64,000 nucleotides of DNA from Octopus sinensis. Taxonomy: Eukaryota. The notes under the pieces were generated by a model. It did no database searches. It had not been told where the DNA came from and saw nothing but the letters and a program-made list of their open reading frames with translations. The DNA is taken from the NCBI RefSeq assembly GCF_006345805.1, contig NC_043010.1:28334001-28398000 (forward strand). The letters are read 5' to 3'. A program made the position numbers and the translations under genes. This document shows, one piece after another, positions 27,078 through 41,255 of the stretch (positions within the stretch are counted from its first letter, which is position 1; every line of letters begins with the position of its first letter).

Positions 27078-27089
27078 AATAAAAATAAA
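27078..27089 (+). terminator. Probable polyadenylation signal(s) of cathepsin L
   Basis: Tandem AATAAA followed by a U-rich stretch; another AATAAA at 26833. Confidence 0.45.
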
Positions 27090-28250
27090 ACTTAAAAAGA
27101 TATTCAAGATATTTTTTTCGTTTTCCATTCTCACCCTCACTATCTTCTGTGAGTCTCATGTACAATTATCAGGTGTCACTAACTGTGGAACATGACATAC
27201 ACAGTCTCTCTACCATTCCTCATCTCTCTCTCTCTCTCTCTCCTGTACATGCTTACATCTTCTGTCCCCCTCCACTCCCATTTCTTTTGCCCCCATTCAC
27301 TTCTCACACAGATGTAACATCACTATTTTTATTTCTTCCCAACTCTACCCTGATCACATGCCCTTACACACACACACACACTCTTCTAAAATATAAATTG
27401 CCATGTGGCCCCTCTATAGCAGGAAGCCTATTCTGATCTGGCCCCTTTTCTCTTACTTTAACCCCTCATCTTCTGTCTCTCAAGCCTTGCAAGTCATATG
27501 GCAACCTCACTAGTGTTGGTGGCATGCAGAAAGTACCTGTAAAGTGTAAAATAGTTGGTATTAGGAAGGGCATTCAGCTGTAGAAACCATGTTATTGTAG
27601 ACAGTGGAGCACAATGCAGTCCTTTGGGTCATTGTGCCCATGCCAGCAGGAAACAAGACTTGTTAACCGTGTGTTTGGGAAGCAAACCTTTAGACCATAC
27701 AGTTATGCCTACATCTATCAAATACATACTTTTCTAAGACTGAAGAAGTTTTGAGTTTGTTTCTAACAGTTTCAATGTCATTTATTACAAATATACACTT
27801 TACCCTATCACGACAAAAGTAATTTGACAGTCTACATTTTCCCCTTAGTTAAACTTAGTTAAGACAATTCGATCAGCACACATTCTGTATCTCTGCTGAT
27901 TTCTACAGTCTCAGATAACTTCTGCACAACAATTACCACAAAATTGTTTCTTCAGATCAATTTCCAGATATAACTGGATGATAAAGTTTCCATTCTTCAA
28001 CCAGTTTCCAAAGTAAAGAGCTAGCTTCCAATCAGATATCTCCAACAAAATTTCTGTTCTTGTATCTAACATGAACCATTTCACACAGAACCTTCTGCTA
28101 GTCTCTTGATTCCTAGCATTTCCTCCATGAATCTCACCGGCTTTCGAACACCAACTCTGATTTTTATGTTCTACAAAAAATGCAAAGTTAATACAAAACC
28201 AATTGATTCATTTACTTTATTGTTATCTCTCTTGAAACAAGTCTCCAGAA

Positions 28251-28980
28251 TTAAAGTGTTGCAATTTTGGGGGTTATGACAAGATTTTTACGGGAAGCTG
28301 AACCAGCATAGCTAGGCAGTCCCATTTTTTTCAGTTCTTCAGTTGCCAAAAAGCAAGGCTGCAAAATAAGCTCATTTTTGGAATTAACTTCATCTAAAGT
28401 ATAGGCATATTCATGTCCCTTAGGAATTCTACCAGGGCCTGGTATCTTAGGGATATGACAGGCTTTAGCCTCTAAGGTTTCAACTAAGTCATCATGTTTC
28501 AATACTTTGGCTGGTTTATCAGTAGCCTTCTTGGGGCAAGATTTGGCTTCGAATTTTGAAGTAAGTCTTTTCTTTTGTGCTTCATCTTGTTCTTCAAAGC
28601 GTATAAATTTTTTTGGAGGAATCACTTCTCTTTCAAATTCTTCTGGAAAATTTCTGCTTTTTACATCTTCCTTACTTTGTACTACTGCACTAGGTGCATA
28701 AGTGAAGAGGTCATTTGCACTCTCTGCAGCTTTACTGTTGTAGCGAAATATGTTTTTATCTGTTGCATTAAAAGGATCAGGGTAATTTTCTGGCTGGATA
28801 GGGGCGTAATCTTCATTACCAGGATGCTCCTTCAACCAGTCTCTTAGACAGACTGCTTCATGTCCACGTGAACCAATGAGAGAGCAGTTACAGCCACAGA
28901 CATAACATACTATATTGTTTGTTTTGTATGCCTGACTGAACTCTGTAGAAGTTCTTTTTTCTGCTTCATTTGATTTATCC
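28251..28980 (-). CDS. ZNF474-like C2HC zinc-finger protein, paralog 1 (main terminal exon; start exon uncertain)
   Basis: Acceptor tttctttgtag| then an open frame DKSNEAEK...IVCYVCGCNCSLIGSRGHEAVCLRDWLKEH...YNSKAAESA...TPKIATL*. AATAAA on the - strand at 28216-28221. Homologous along its length to 43226-43939. Confidence 0.8.
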
Positions 28981-30654
28981 CTACAAAGAAACAGAAATTA
29001 ACACACATTAACAAAAAAAAAAAAGAATTCATCTTTACCAATAAAGCAGACATTGGTGCTCGATGCAGTCCTTGGAATTATTAGATCCTGTCTAACCTAT
29101 GCCAGCAGGGAACAAAGACATTAAATGATGATGACCAATGATAGGTTATGTTATCAATAAACTAACAGTATGATGAATCTGTGGTCAGTTAGCTTGCTAG
29201 AAAGAACAGCTAAATCTCCTTCATACCAACATTGCAATGCTTCTCAAAATTTTTGGCTATTGTGACCCCTACTTCCTTTCTCTTAAGAAAACTTTTTCAA
29301 TGCTTTCTTGCTTTGACCTAGCAATATTAAAAACTTATGCAAGCTTCTGTATAGATATGTACATAAGTGAGGAGCTTACCTAATGCTGCCTGAAGTGGCT
29401 GCCTTTACTACATGGACATACCACAAATTTTGACAATGTCGTTTAAATTCTACTTTTGTCTCCAGTACTCTTATAAAAGTTGTCCTCTTTGTAACTAGTA
29501 TCCAAAACTTTCAATCACCCCCCCCCCTCCCAGGAGGTAGTGGGAGACTACCACTCAATTTGAGACACACTGCTCTACTGACCTAAGAAAAAAGTCATGG
29601 ATACACTTTGTAGTCATAGATACGATTTGGTAAAAAAAAAAAAATGGAAAGATGGTTACATGAGAAACATCTGTAATCTTGGGCTTTACTGGATTTGAAC
29701 TGAAGAAAAGCAACCAACAAGTACCCTCTTCATAGGTCACCCTAACAAATCCTCTCACAAGACTTAAAGCTTTGTGAGGGGATTGGTTAGACAATAACTG
29801 AAGAGAAGCCTCGTGTGTGCCCGTGTCCTGACATTATGTGATGATTGCAAATGAGCACCACTGTTGTACAAGTGGTGTTGATTTCCAGTCTTCTGTGGAT
29901 ATATTACACAGGTGAGGGTTGACAACAGAAAGAGTATCCAGCCAGAGAAGCTAGCTCAAAAAAACCTATCTAACCCATGCAAGCATGGAAAAGTGGACGT
30001 TAATACAATGATGATGAGGTTGAAAGCTGAGATAATGACAATTATATTCAACAAAATGTTGATGCAATATTTAAAAGAAACCTCAATCTTTTAGGATAAC
30101 TCTAAAGTATAATTGTTAGAGAAGGCGGCGAGCTGGCAGAACTGTTAGCATGATGGGCGAAATACTTAGCGGTATTTTGTCTGCCATTACGTTCTGAGTT
30201 CAAAATCTGCTGAGGTCTACGTTGCCTTTCATCCTTTCAGGGTCGATTAAATAAGTATTAGTTATGCACTGGGGTCAATGTAATCGACTTAATCCCTTTG
30301 TCCTTGTTTGTCCCCTCTATGTTTAGCCCCTGTGGGCAATAAAATATTTGGTTGTCCAGAAAGTTCATGCCGATTTATAGCAGCTTACCTTTCGACTTAT
30401 TTTAGAACATGGTTTAGTTCATAAAATAGGATTTGACTACACCTCCATTTAGAGCACAGTTTAAGCTATCTTTTTGTGGAAGAAGGTTTATGTTCCTATA
30501 ACCTGTGTTAATTCTGTACTTGATGCTTTGGGAAGCAGACAAAAAAGTAGTGAGATGAAATATGTACAGTGATGGGTATGTGATCATGAATTAAAAGATA
30601 TACTGAAACCATGTTTGTTATGTGTTCATATTTAAGTATGTTCTGTATTTTTTG

Positions 30655-31170
30655 ATAAATGAATTTTCTTTATTTAAATGTTCTTGTACAGAAATTGTTT
30701 CTTTGCACTGGTAGATGGGGAAAACTGAAATTTGGTTGGAGATTCCCCGCACATCTTTCTATGTGTTCACTCAAAGGTATCTGTTTATACTTTGGGAAAT
30801 GGATCTGTTCCTTATGTAGTGTGGTTCTCCATCTAAGTAACATACTTGTCTGTCCTATGTAGCTATGTCCACAACCTGAACAAGTTGTAACATAAATTAA
30901 ATTATCAGATGCACAAGTGAAGTTGGTCTTAATTGTGAACCTCTCTCCCTGTTTGAGTTGGAATTCTGAGCCTTCAGTTCGTTGGGGCATGTTCCACAGT
31001 ATGGATATCCACATTTTTTAACCCTTGATTTCATGATAAAGCTTTGCATTTGTCAAGAGTCTTTTCAGCAATTTTGGTTGTCTTTTTACATTTGATGAAT
31101 TTATGTGTTTTCAGAATGTTGTTCATTTTAGGATCCCTGGTGAGCATTGGTAGATTTTGTACAATATTAT
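30655..31170 (-). mobile_element. Penelope-like element fragment (GIY-YIG endonuclease)
   Basis: FTCASDNLIYVTTCSGCGHSYIGQTS...HKEQI...LSEHIERC; frameshifted. Confidence 0.85.
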
Positions 31171-32061
31171 GTATCAAATGAAACTTTACTTTATTTTTTG
31201 GATGAAGAGTTCCTCAGCATCAGACGGACAATAGTAAAACTGCATATGCCATGAAACATTTTTAGGACTTTTTCTGTTGGTCTTTCAATTTTTAATTCTC
31301 CTTCAAATTCATTCCAGTTGATTTCTAATTTGGTATATCTATGTAGCTTTGCATGCTAATTATAGAAATGAAAGTAATTTTTGCCTTAATTTGATAATTT
31401 AAAAATAGCTTTTAATGTCTGCAAATTTAGGCTAATTTTAGCCAATCGAAAGCCTGTCTCCATAGTAAAAAGCCAGGCTGTTGTGTAGTCAGCCTGCTTT
31501 CCATTTTGTATATGATGGAGATATTGAAAACTGAGGAGGATGCGGTTGATCAGGCAAATTTATGATCAAAATGAGCATTTAATGTTGAATAGCCCAGTTT
31601 TAGAGTGACCTAGGATTATCATAATCTGGTCCTTCATTTTATGACGTTAGGGTGTTCTTTAGGAGGAGATTTGGTTTTGCTTTTTCCATCAGTCCGATTG
31701 TTACCTGAACTAAACTACCGTATATTTTTTTCGAAATTTAATGTTCTGGTATTTTTCGCATTACATGCCTGTTCCAACATTTCACATGACTTTATTAATT
31801 AAAACTTATTAAAACTCGTTGAATGATTTGTTGTTGCAATGTTGTCATCACACACAAAATACCAGCTTCCAAATCTTGTTTTCTCATTGGGTAAAAATTT
31901 ACAAACTTCAAAAGCCTTTTCTTAAAAATTTTCTTTAACAAGTGAATAACATCAGATTCACTGAGAAAAATTACATCAATATATCAAATTTGAAAATTTT
32001 CACAAAGTTCCTATTTTTAAAAGGGGTAAAACTTGCAGGAAATCTTGCATTTCAAGTACTT

Positions 32062-32437
32062 ACTAGCACTATGACCTGGCAACGCCGGGTCATAGTGCTA
32101 GTGCATGAATATACAGCTGCGTGCATGTGCACATACACGCGAGTACTGTCCAAATCTCCGACCAATCACATACAGCTAGCTGGCATTCAATTGGCGTATC
32201 AAGTTTCGGGCATTTTGATCGGGTTTTTATATAGAAAATTCACCAAAAAGTCACTTCTGTCGAATTTTTAATGGCTTTGCTGGGTGACTAGGGAAATGTA
32301 ACGATATGCACGACCACCCTTGGACGGTTTTGAATGACCATAGAAAGTGCGAGCCCTCTAACTGAAAAATTGTGGATGTGTATAAAGGACACACGCACGC
32401 GCACACACACACACACATTTTGCCGTTTATATATAGA
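32062..32437 (+). mobile_element. Helentron/HINE-like non-autonomous element
   Basis: 5' hairpin ACTAGCACTATGACCTGG-CAACG-CCGGGTCATAGTGCTAGT; 3' (CA)n...TTTATATATAGAC end. Confidence 0.55.
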
Positions 32438-33634
32438 CTAATAATGCAGGACTAATAATGGAATTAAAACGATCCGGGGAAATATAAAAATAGACTTGGG
32501 TATCCTAAGTAAGGGAAACGAATCTGTAAATGCTTCCTGAAAAGTAACTTATTAAATGGAAATTAAATGGAAATTAATTTAATATTGTCTTTGGTTAAAT
32601 ATTTTCGAATTTATTTTCATAACTTCTTAGGAATGTTTCCAATTGCAGTATCATTATTATTGTTATTGTTTTGGGACTGGTTTATTTTTCTGGTAATTCT
32701 TCGTGATAAAGATGTTTTGGACAACCAATTTATAAGGTGTTTATAAAAGTGTAGCAGTATGGTTATTATCTCTTTTATCTCTAGTCTTTTCCAAATGACC
32801 TTTAGCAACATCGTCATTAAAGTTAAAATAAAAGAGCTGTCATTAAAAAAAATTATACCTTTTGATAGATAGATATTAAATATAATCGGGTTATTAAACT
32901 GATTATTTAATAAGTTGACTTTTAAATATTTAAATATTCGTTCCACTAAATCGACATACCGGACTGTTTGATTTCATTATTGGTGGCGAGATGGCAAAAT
33001 CGTTAGCACGCCGAGCAAAAATACTTCGCTGCATTTCGTCCGTCGTTATATTCTGAGTTCGAATTCCGCCGAGGTCGACCTTGCCTTTCATCTTTTTGGG
33101 GTCAATAAAATAAGTACTAGTCGATCTCTGGAGTTGATGTAATCGACTTGCCTACCTACCCCGAAATTGCTGGCCTTGTGCCAAAACTTGAAATCATTAT
33201 TAGTCCCACAGATAAATGTACGTAAAACAAAAGATTATCCTTGTATATTTTAAACACTCGTCAGTAAACCTTTTTAAACATTATCTTATCAGGAGGGCTA
33301 TAGTGCAATCTTAGAGTATAACTTATGCTTTCACTTCAGTTTTCCTGTCAGTCAAATTTGTAAATGAATTTCAATAACAATCAATGCACAATCGATAATG
33401 ATTTAAAATAAAAACGGGAAATCTTTCGTTATATGTACGTATAATGGCGGACAACATAGTAAAAAAGAAAACAAGTATTAACTTTTACACGACAAACCAG
33501 TTTTCATTTCGGAGATCTCAACGGAGCAACATTGAATACAAACACAATAGAAGGGACATGGAGTTTAGTTAAAAGTAAATATCGCTCCGAGCATGGAACT
33601 TGAAAGAAACTCTTTTCAATTTAAAATAATTTAC

Positions 33635-33717
33635 CTGGCACCAGTTTCAGATACATTAACATATGGGTGATCGTTTCTGTGAAATGAAGATTGGCAGCTG
33701 TTCTTTCACTTTGTGGT
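33635..33717 (-). other. Candidate upstream exon of zinc-finger paralog 1 (ATG at 33662, MLMYLKLVP)
   Basis: Acceptor ...ttcccccag| and donor CAG|GTAAAT; another donor G|GTAACT at 33814. Confidence 0.4.
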
Positions 33718-35549
33718 CTGGGGGAAATACCAGCAAAAAAGTAAAAGGGATAAGCTATACGAGCACACAAAGAAATACACAGATTCACTTATAAATGCAT
33801 ACATACATAGTTACCAAAATAAATTCTCAAGTTTCGACAGACTCTTTTTTCCAGTATTTTCTGGCTGAAAAGTAATATTTATGTTGTCGTTGTGTGCTTG
33901 TGAGTAATATAAATTGACGAAAGTATAAAGATATACTCGAAAATAAAGACTGTTAAAATGGCCTTGCAAAGGCAACCATTTTCTTTTGGGAATTTCCCAA
34001 CTTTGAAAAGAATAATTTGAGCGTTAACAACTCACGTCACACGTGAGAACGGTAAACGGAAGAAAGAGAAGAGTTCTTCATCAAACGATGTTTTTTGATT
34101 TGCTAACGGCAATCTTGGATAATAAAGTATAAGCATACTTCAGCTTCGGAAATCAGTCCTATGACATACGACTTAACTCGAGGAACAACGTAGTACCAAA
34201 ACACCAAATCAGTAACAACAAGAATTATCTCACGGCTCACATCTGTACATATTTTCTCAAGTATTTTATTTGATTTTAGGTGGGGTTTTTTAAAAATATT
34301 TAGGTTTTTAAATATATTCGTTGAGACAGATGTAAAAAAAAAAAACACAAAAAGAAAGCAGAGTTTATCGACGGAAGTCAAGGTTTATTTTCTTACGTTT
34401 TAATTGCTTTAAAAAAATACGTGAAGTCGAAAACTGACGTAACTCAAAATGACGTAAGTTCAAGTATGCCTGTCCCACTTTTTTTTTCTTCACCCCAAGA
34501 CTTTCTAGAGGGTTCCCATCTGTAATTTGTTAGCTTTTACTTAACACTGACCTTTAGCTTGTCCTCCCCCACCCCAGCCGAACCCCACCGCCAATATTAA
34601 CGCTCTTCATCCAGCTCCCCTCTCTACCCCCATCGCTAACCTTCCCCCACCTCCCTTTATTCACCCCACCACTCCCGTTACAGCTAGCCTACATGCATCA
34701 CCTCCTGCACCCCATCCGAATCCCACCACCAGAGTTAATGTTGTTCACTCAGCTTCCCCTTTACCTCCAGCACTATTCTTCCCCTCCCTCACCGTCTGAA
34801 TTCTAATTCTAATATTGACCCCACTGATACTGCCAGTTCGCCTCTAAGATGTGTCATTGATTGGTTGAAATTACCGAAATACGACAACTTTAACAAAAAA
34901 TAACTTCCAAAATACAGAATTTTCTCAACAACGCCAAGAATAAAAGATGTTTTGTGTGACACATTCTACAAGTATACGAAGTTTGAAAGTGTTAAGTTAG
35001 AAAAAATTATTTTTTAAATCTGTCGGTCAAAAGGTAAAGATCCCAGTCAAAAACTGATGCTCTTATAGATTAATTTCCCGTGTAAGGAAAAATAAACTGT
35101 TGCGTCAACACGATTGAACAGCTGGAAACCGACCAATACAAACAACAGGTTTGTTTAATCATGGGGTCATGTGACCGCTGGAACAAAAAGGGTTTGTGGA
35201 GCTCATATTCGGGTATTTGAGCATAGATGAGTCAAAACGAAAACATCTCATGCAATGACAGTGTAAAACACTTTTGCTACTGTAGGTTATATAAAATTCG
35301 TGGGACAGTGTGATATGCACCAAACAGAAGGGAAAAAAGTTATTTCTTACAGATTTCATTTATCCGTCAATTTGTCATTAGGGAGAGTATACAGAGGTTG
35401 TAGCAGTCAGCTGTTTTACAGTAGTGAGCAGACGTTAATGGTAAGAAGAGCAGCCATGTACCTCTGACAGTGTTCAGTGGAAAAGAGAGACAGATATGCT
35501 AAAAACATAGAGATATTACATTTCTATATTTAAGAGATGAGGAATTATG

Positions 35550-36074
<525 letters not shown>

Positions 36075-36428
36075 TTATGAACATATAGACATGTTTATTC
36101 GTCGAAGTGTTGGACAAGAGTGATGTGGGGTGGGGGTATGTTCCTTCAGCAAAGTACCAGGTGAAAGAGAGAGCATGCACATTCGGCAGTGCCACATGAA
36201 AGAGTAAGAATTCTGATCAGTGTTCTGTATTTATACATGTTCGATACATGTATACATGATGGATGTAGGTCAGAGAACAACAGAAAGCGAATGCATTTGT
36301 CTCTGTTGAACTGAATTTAACTCAAGATATTCGGTGAAACAATCCAAATCGGGCAGTTGACCTTCATAAATTTCCAATTGTGACTGCTGAGAATGCTGGA
36401 AAGGAGCTTACAGAAAAATCTTGACTAA

Positions 36429-36790
36429 GGCGCAGGAGTGGCTGTGTAGTAAAAAAGCTTGGTTCCAGGTTTAGTCGCACTGTGTGGCACCTTGGGCAAG
36501 TGTCTTCTACTATAGCCTCAAGCCGACCAGAGCCTTGGGAGTGGATTTGGTAGACGGAAACTGAAAGAAACCTGTCATATATTATGTATATGTGTGTGTG
36601 TGTTTATGTTTGTGTGTCTGTATTTGTCCCCCCACCCAATATCGCTTGACAACCGATGCTGGTGTGTTTACGTCCCCGTAACTTAGCGGTTCGGCAAAAG
36701 AGACCGATAAGTCCTGGGGTTGATTTGCTCGACTAAAGGTGGTGCTCCAGCATGGCCGCAGTCAAATGACTGAAACAAATAAAAGAATAA
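36429..36790 (+). mobile_element. tRNA-headed SINE family B, representative copy
   Basis: GGCGCAGGAGTGGCTGTG head, CCTTGGGCAAGTGTCTT...GGAAACTGAAAGAA core, internal (TA)/(TG)n, tail ...CAGTCAAATGACTGAAACAA. Copies at about 11385-11760, 16642-16970, 37095-37470, 45380-45875, 55250-55640, 63317-63725 (-) and 62163-62530 (+). Confidence 0.8.
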
Positions 36791-38248
36791 GTTTTTGATT
36801 ATTAGCTAAGGATCCAGGAAACACTGTTTTGTATGTAATACTACTGTTATATGTTTGTGTCTATGTGTATGTGTACGCATACGTATATATGAATACATCC
36901 TCATTATTAGTACTATTTTGTTAAGCGTATTTAGTAAACAGTATGAACTGTGAATAAAGCGAATACGCACAGTGTGTATCACTCCGCTATACATATATAC
37001 AGTTGCGAACGTGCCAAGGAAATATGTTTTTTAAATCTTTATGTTATGTATTGTCAATAATCTACATTTTTTTGTTCTATTGTCTGTCTTTATTCTTTTA
37101 CTTGTTTCAGTCATTTGGCTGCGGCCATGCTGGGGTACAGTCGTAAAGGAATTTTAGTTGAACTAATCGACACCCAGGACTTCGTTTTTTTTTTAAGCCT
37201 GGCATTTATCCTGTCGGTTTCTTTTGCTGAACCGCTGAGTTACAAGGGACGTAGACACACCAACACCGATTATCAAGCGGTGGTGGGGGTCAAACACAGA
37301 CGTGCGTGCGCACACAAACACCCACGCACTGGCGTTTCTTTCCGTTTCCGTCAACCAAATCCACTCACACGGTTTTGGTCGGTCTGGGGCTATATTAGAA
37401 GACACTTGCCCAAGGTGCCAAGCCATGTGGTTGGAAAGCAAGCTTCTTACCACACAGTCACGTCTGTACCTAAGAATTTGCTTAAGAAATTGAATAAATG
37501 TTTTCTTTTCTTCACATATGTGTAAGCCATCAAAGATAAACTATTCACAAGTCATCTACTGTCAGTTAGTAACTTAAAATGTATTTTGTTATATTACTTT
37601 GTTTATATCGTAGTGGATTCGAAACCCCAATTGTGGGATAACCTGTCAGATGCCACGAGCAAACCACAATAGTTTTGGTCAATTACTACAGTACTCTGTC
37701 AGTTATGATGACAAGAGGTCCAATTGATCCAGTCAACAGACCAGCCTGCTCGTGAAATTAATGTGCATGTGGCTGAGCATTCCACAGACACGTGTACCCT
37801 TAACGTAGTTCTCGGGGGAGATTCAACATGACACAGAGTGTGACCACCCATAGTGACAATATTATTTAAATTGTGGCGATGAGATGAACCAGGAGAAAAG
37901 GGTCCATGATGTTAATGACTGAGGGACCCTACCAAAGAGGAACAGTGAGTGAGGTCAAGTGGGCAGAAGTAGGATTGATATGGGTTTCTTTGGCCTTGGG
38001 CAATGGGAGCGGAAAGACACATGCAAGCGTGCGAGCTAGAAAGGGAATTTTGGATTTAACCGAGTTGGACAGCTGACACTGAGAAGTAGGAGAATTGCAC
38101 TTTGTTCCTCATTTTACAAGCTATTTCAGCACTCGTATACATATATTTTTTCTTTTGTTGTTGTTGTTGTTGTCCTCTTACATGAGATGTGAGAAAAATA
38201 TAAGGATTGGTAGTGATGTCATCAGACCTTTCTGTGGTGAGAGAGATG

Positions 38249-38671
38249 GGATCTTTTCGGTTTGAACGGCAGTTTTTTCTAGCGGTGTCATATGAAATTG
38301 TCACCCATAATTATGACCCTAGTATCGATCTATTGCATTTCAATCTATTTTAGGGTTAGGGTTAGTTAGGGTTAGGGGTGGGGGGAAGGATATCTTTTTT
38401 CTTCAGAATGTAAATAAACCCAATCTGTTTCTTAAACGAGGGACATATTCATACAGCACAGAATGTTTTTCACCTCAAATAGACGTCATTGATTGGTTGA
38501 AATTGCAGAAATTGAAAAAAAAAAAAAATATCTTGCAAACTATAGAATTTTCTGAATAAAGCCAAGAGAAAAAGATGTTTTATAAACACATTCTACCAGT
38601 ATACGAAGTTTAAAAGTGTTTAGTTACGTGGAATTTATTTTTAAAAACTGCCGTTCAAACCGAAAAGATCC
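38249..38671. mobile_element. Merlin-like MITE with internal TTAGGG repeats
   Basis: ~28-bp TIR GGATCTTTTCGGTTTGAACGGCAGTTTT; 8-bp TSD GAGAGATG / AAGAGATG. Confidence 0.85.
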
Positions 38672-38689
38672 AAGAGATGTTATTGCCTA

Positions 38690-41255
38690 GGTCCATAAGA
38701 TCAAGGTGGTGGCCGGGATGCGAAGAATTGAAGATGTAGCAGGTCTCACGGCTCTGGATCTGGAGGTTAAACTCATTGGCGCTGTACCTCGAAATGGATG
38801 AAACAGACCAACGTGATGCAGAGAAGATTGAGCATCACCTAAAAGAAGCTTCACTAAGCTGGGAAAGGTCTGGTGGAGAAGAGAACAGGTGGACGTGTAT
38901 GCAGCAGAGATTTGGAGATTGGCCATGCTATCTGGTTTTACTGGAGAGGGACTAGAAAAGGCAGCACAGTTGGCATCCATAAATGGTTTCCTTGATGATA
39001 TATCAGTGCATTTGCAACAACTGCCGGGCAGTGAGAAAATGGCAATGAGTGAACTCATCGCCCAGGTCCATGTATCAACGCAAAACACCGGGCAGGATGC
39101 AGTGGCAATGGCAGCTACGGAAGTCCACAGCATCATGGGACAATCGGCGAAGAATGAGAAGAGAAAAGCTGCTGTGGAGCGGCAGCGACCATTTATGGGC
39201 CAGTGTTTCAAGTACCAGGGGCTGCACATGGCAAGGGACTGCACAGAGATGAAACCTGAACCCATTTGCTATTGGTGCAAGTAGGCAGGGCATATTGCTC
39301 AAAACTGCAGCCAGGGAAAAATCCATGGGGAAGTTGCTGCCTCTCAAACTTCCCCTGTGAGCAAGGAGAGGCTTTTGTGCTGTTGCTGCCTTTAATTGAA
39401 GTCCTGGTTGGAAGAAAGGCACTCAAAGCCCTCGTAGATACAGGCTGAACAACATCTCTCCTAACCCCAAGAGTGACAAAAAAGTGGAAAGGGACGAGTA
39501 GTGTTAGGGCAGTTGACAGCAGCGAAATTAGATGTAAGGGTAGCAGCGAAGTCCAGATGGCGGTACGGGGCACATCACTAAGGCTGAGTGTAATTGTGAT
39601 CGACCATGTGGTAGATAGAATTTATGTAGTGACGGACATGGACACGATCCACTGTCTAGGGGGTGTCAGTGTTAACGGAGCCATGGTTTCATTTGGTGGC
39701 ACAGGGGCATCATGTGCTGTGAATCTGCAACAAGAGAGTGGGCAGAGCTCCGGGGTGGATTGTACTGCTTACACCATTCACGATAAAGATTTTCAGGTGG
39801 TGTTTAACTGTCAGTGGTGGATAGTTGAGTGGCACTGGAAAAGAGAGCTTCCGACGCTGAGGAACAGGCTAAGCTGTTATCAGCATACCTTGAATGGAGA
39901 TGCCAGGAGTGATTTTGAAGGAGATGTAGAGAGATGGATCAAGGAGGAAATCGCTATCCTGTGGAAGAAAGTGAAGAGCAGAATGCTGCCACTAATGGAA
40001 GGTCAGACTAGTACTGGACTTTTGGGAACTGAATGGCTACGTATCGTGCCACACGAGCTGTGAAGTGACTAATGTCTGTGGAGGGATGTTGCGAGAATGA
40101 AGACAGATGACGAGGGCTGCAACAATTGCCAACTTGAAGTCGGCATATCTGCAGTTCCATGTCAGCAAGAAATTGTGGAAGTATCAGCTGGTGAGATATA
40201 AGGGCCAGACATACTGTTGATTAGGCTGGGATTTGGGCTGAATTCTGCACCAAAGATCATGGCAACTGTATTCAAATCTATCCTGGGAAAGATGGACAAA
40301 GTAGAAAAGGCCACCAATTCCTAGATAGACGACATCGTGGTTGATGAGACTGTAGTGTCTACCACAGAGGTCATAGGTCAGCTAAAGAAATTCAGACTGA
40401 CCATGAAACCACCTGAGCCAATGGTTGGAGAAGCTGCACTGGAGCTCAAGTTTCAAAGAAACAAAACAGATATTTGGTGTTTCGGAGAGGAAATGAGATT
40501 CCAGAACTGGGCATCAGTGTCAACAGATGAGAACTATTTTCGATGTATGGGAGACCAGTGGGTCCCTATCCAATTGCAGGGTGGCTTTAAACAGCATACA
40601 GCTATGTTAAGAGATGAGGTGATGATGCAGGAGATCATGGAAAGGGTAAGAGCAGAGGACCCAGTAAGAGAAAGCTGGTCTGTGCCCAGATTGGAGAATG
40701 AGACCATATGATGCAATGCTAGCAGCATTGCGATAGGCATTGTCCTAGAAATCAGAGGTGTTGAAGTGGAGCATGCAGCCTGGCTCCAAAACGCAGATGA
40801 TTACAACTACATTAACGTGGCTGAGTTGGATGCCGTGCTGAAGGGTGAATCTGGCCCTGAGATAGGGGCTCTGCTCTATCAAAACTCTGAACTGATTCGG
40901 CTACTATGCTTGGATGAGTGGGATCAGTGATCACTGATGAATGGAGGGTTCATATGAAAGTGGGTTGCAGAGTTGTTAGGTAAGCACCACCTGGGGGTTC
41001 TGGGAGAGCTAGCTGCCAAATTTGGTTTGAAGCTGAGCATGGTCTTTGTGCCCTCAGAAAGGAATAAGGCAGAAATTCTAACAAGGGTGAAAAAGGCCTG
41101 GCTGGTGGTGCTGGAAAATTCAGAGCAGGGGATAGCTGCAGTGTGTCAGCTAGGTGACTCAGAACTAAGGAAACTGCATATCATACATAATATGGGCGGG
41201 GATAGAACCCTGTATTTTACCAGAAAGGTTGACTCCAACGTTACTAGGAAAAGCT
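38690..41255 (+). mobile_element. Decayed Gypsy-like LTR retrotransposon (gag, protease, RT, RNase H, start of integrase)
   Basis: Zinc knuckles CFKYQGLHMARDC and CYWCK*AGHIAQNC, protease ALVDTG, RT LGFGLNSAP and *IDDI, RNase H HINVAELDAV/TDSAT; many stops and frameshifts; cut off by a Tc1 element. Confidence 0.85.

Noticed and set aside
32617-32946. 109-aa AT-rich ORF
   Set aside because: No recognisable motif or splice context; possibly a decayed retroelement, not supportable as a gene.
38350-38385. TTAGGG repeats as a telomere or fusion site
   Set aside because: Short and internal to a MITE with TIRs and TSD.
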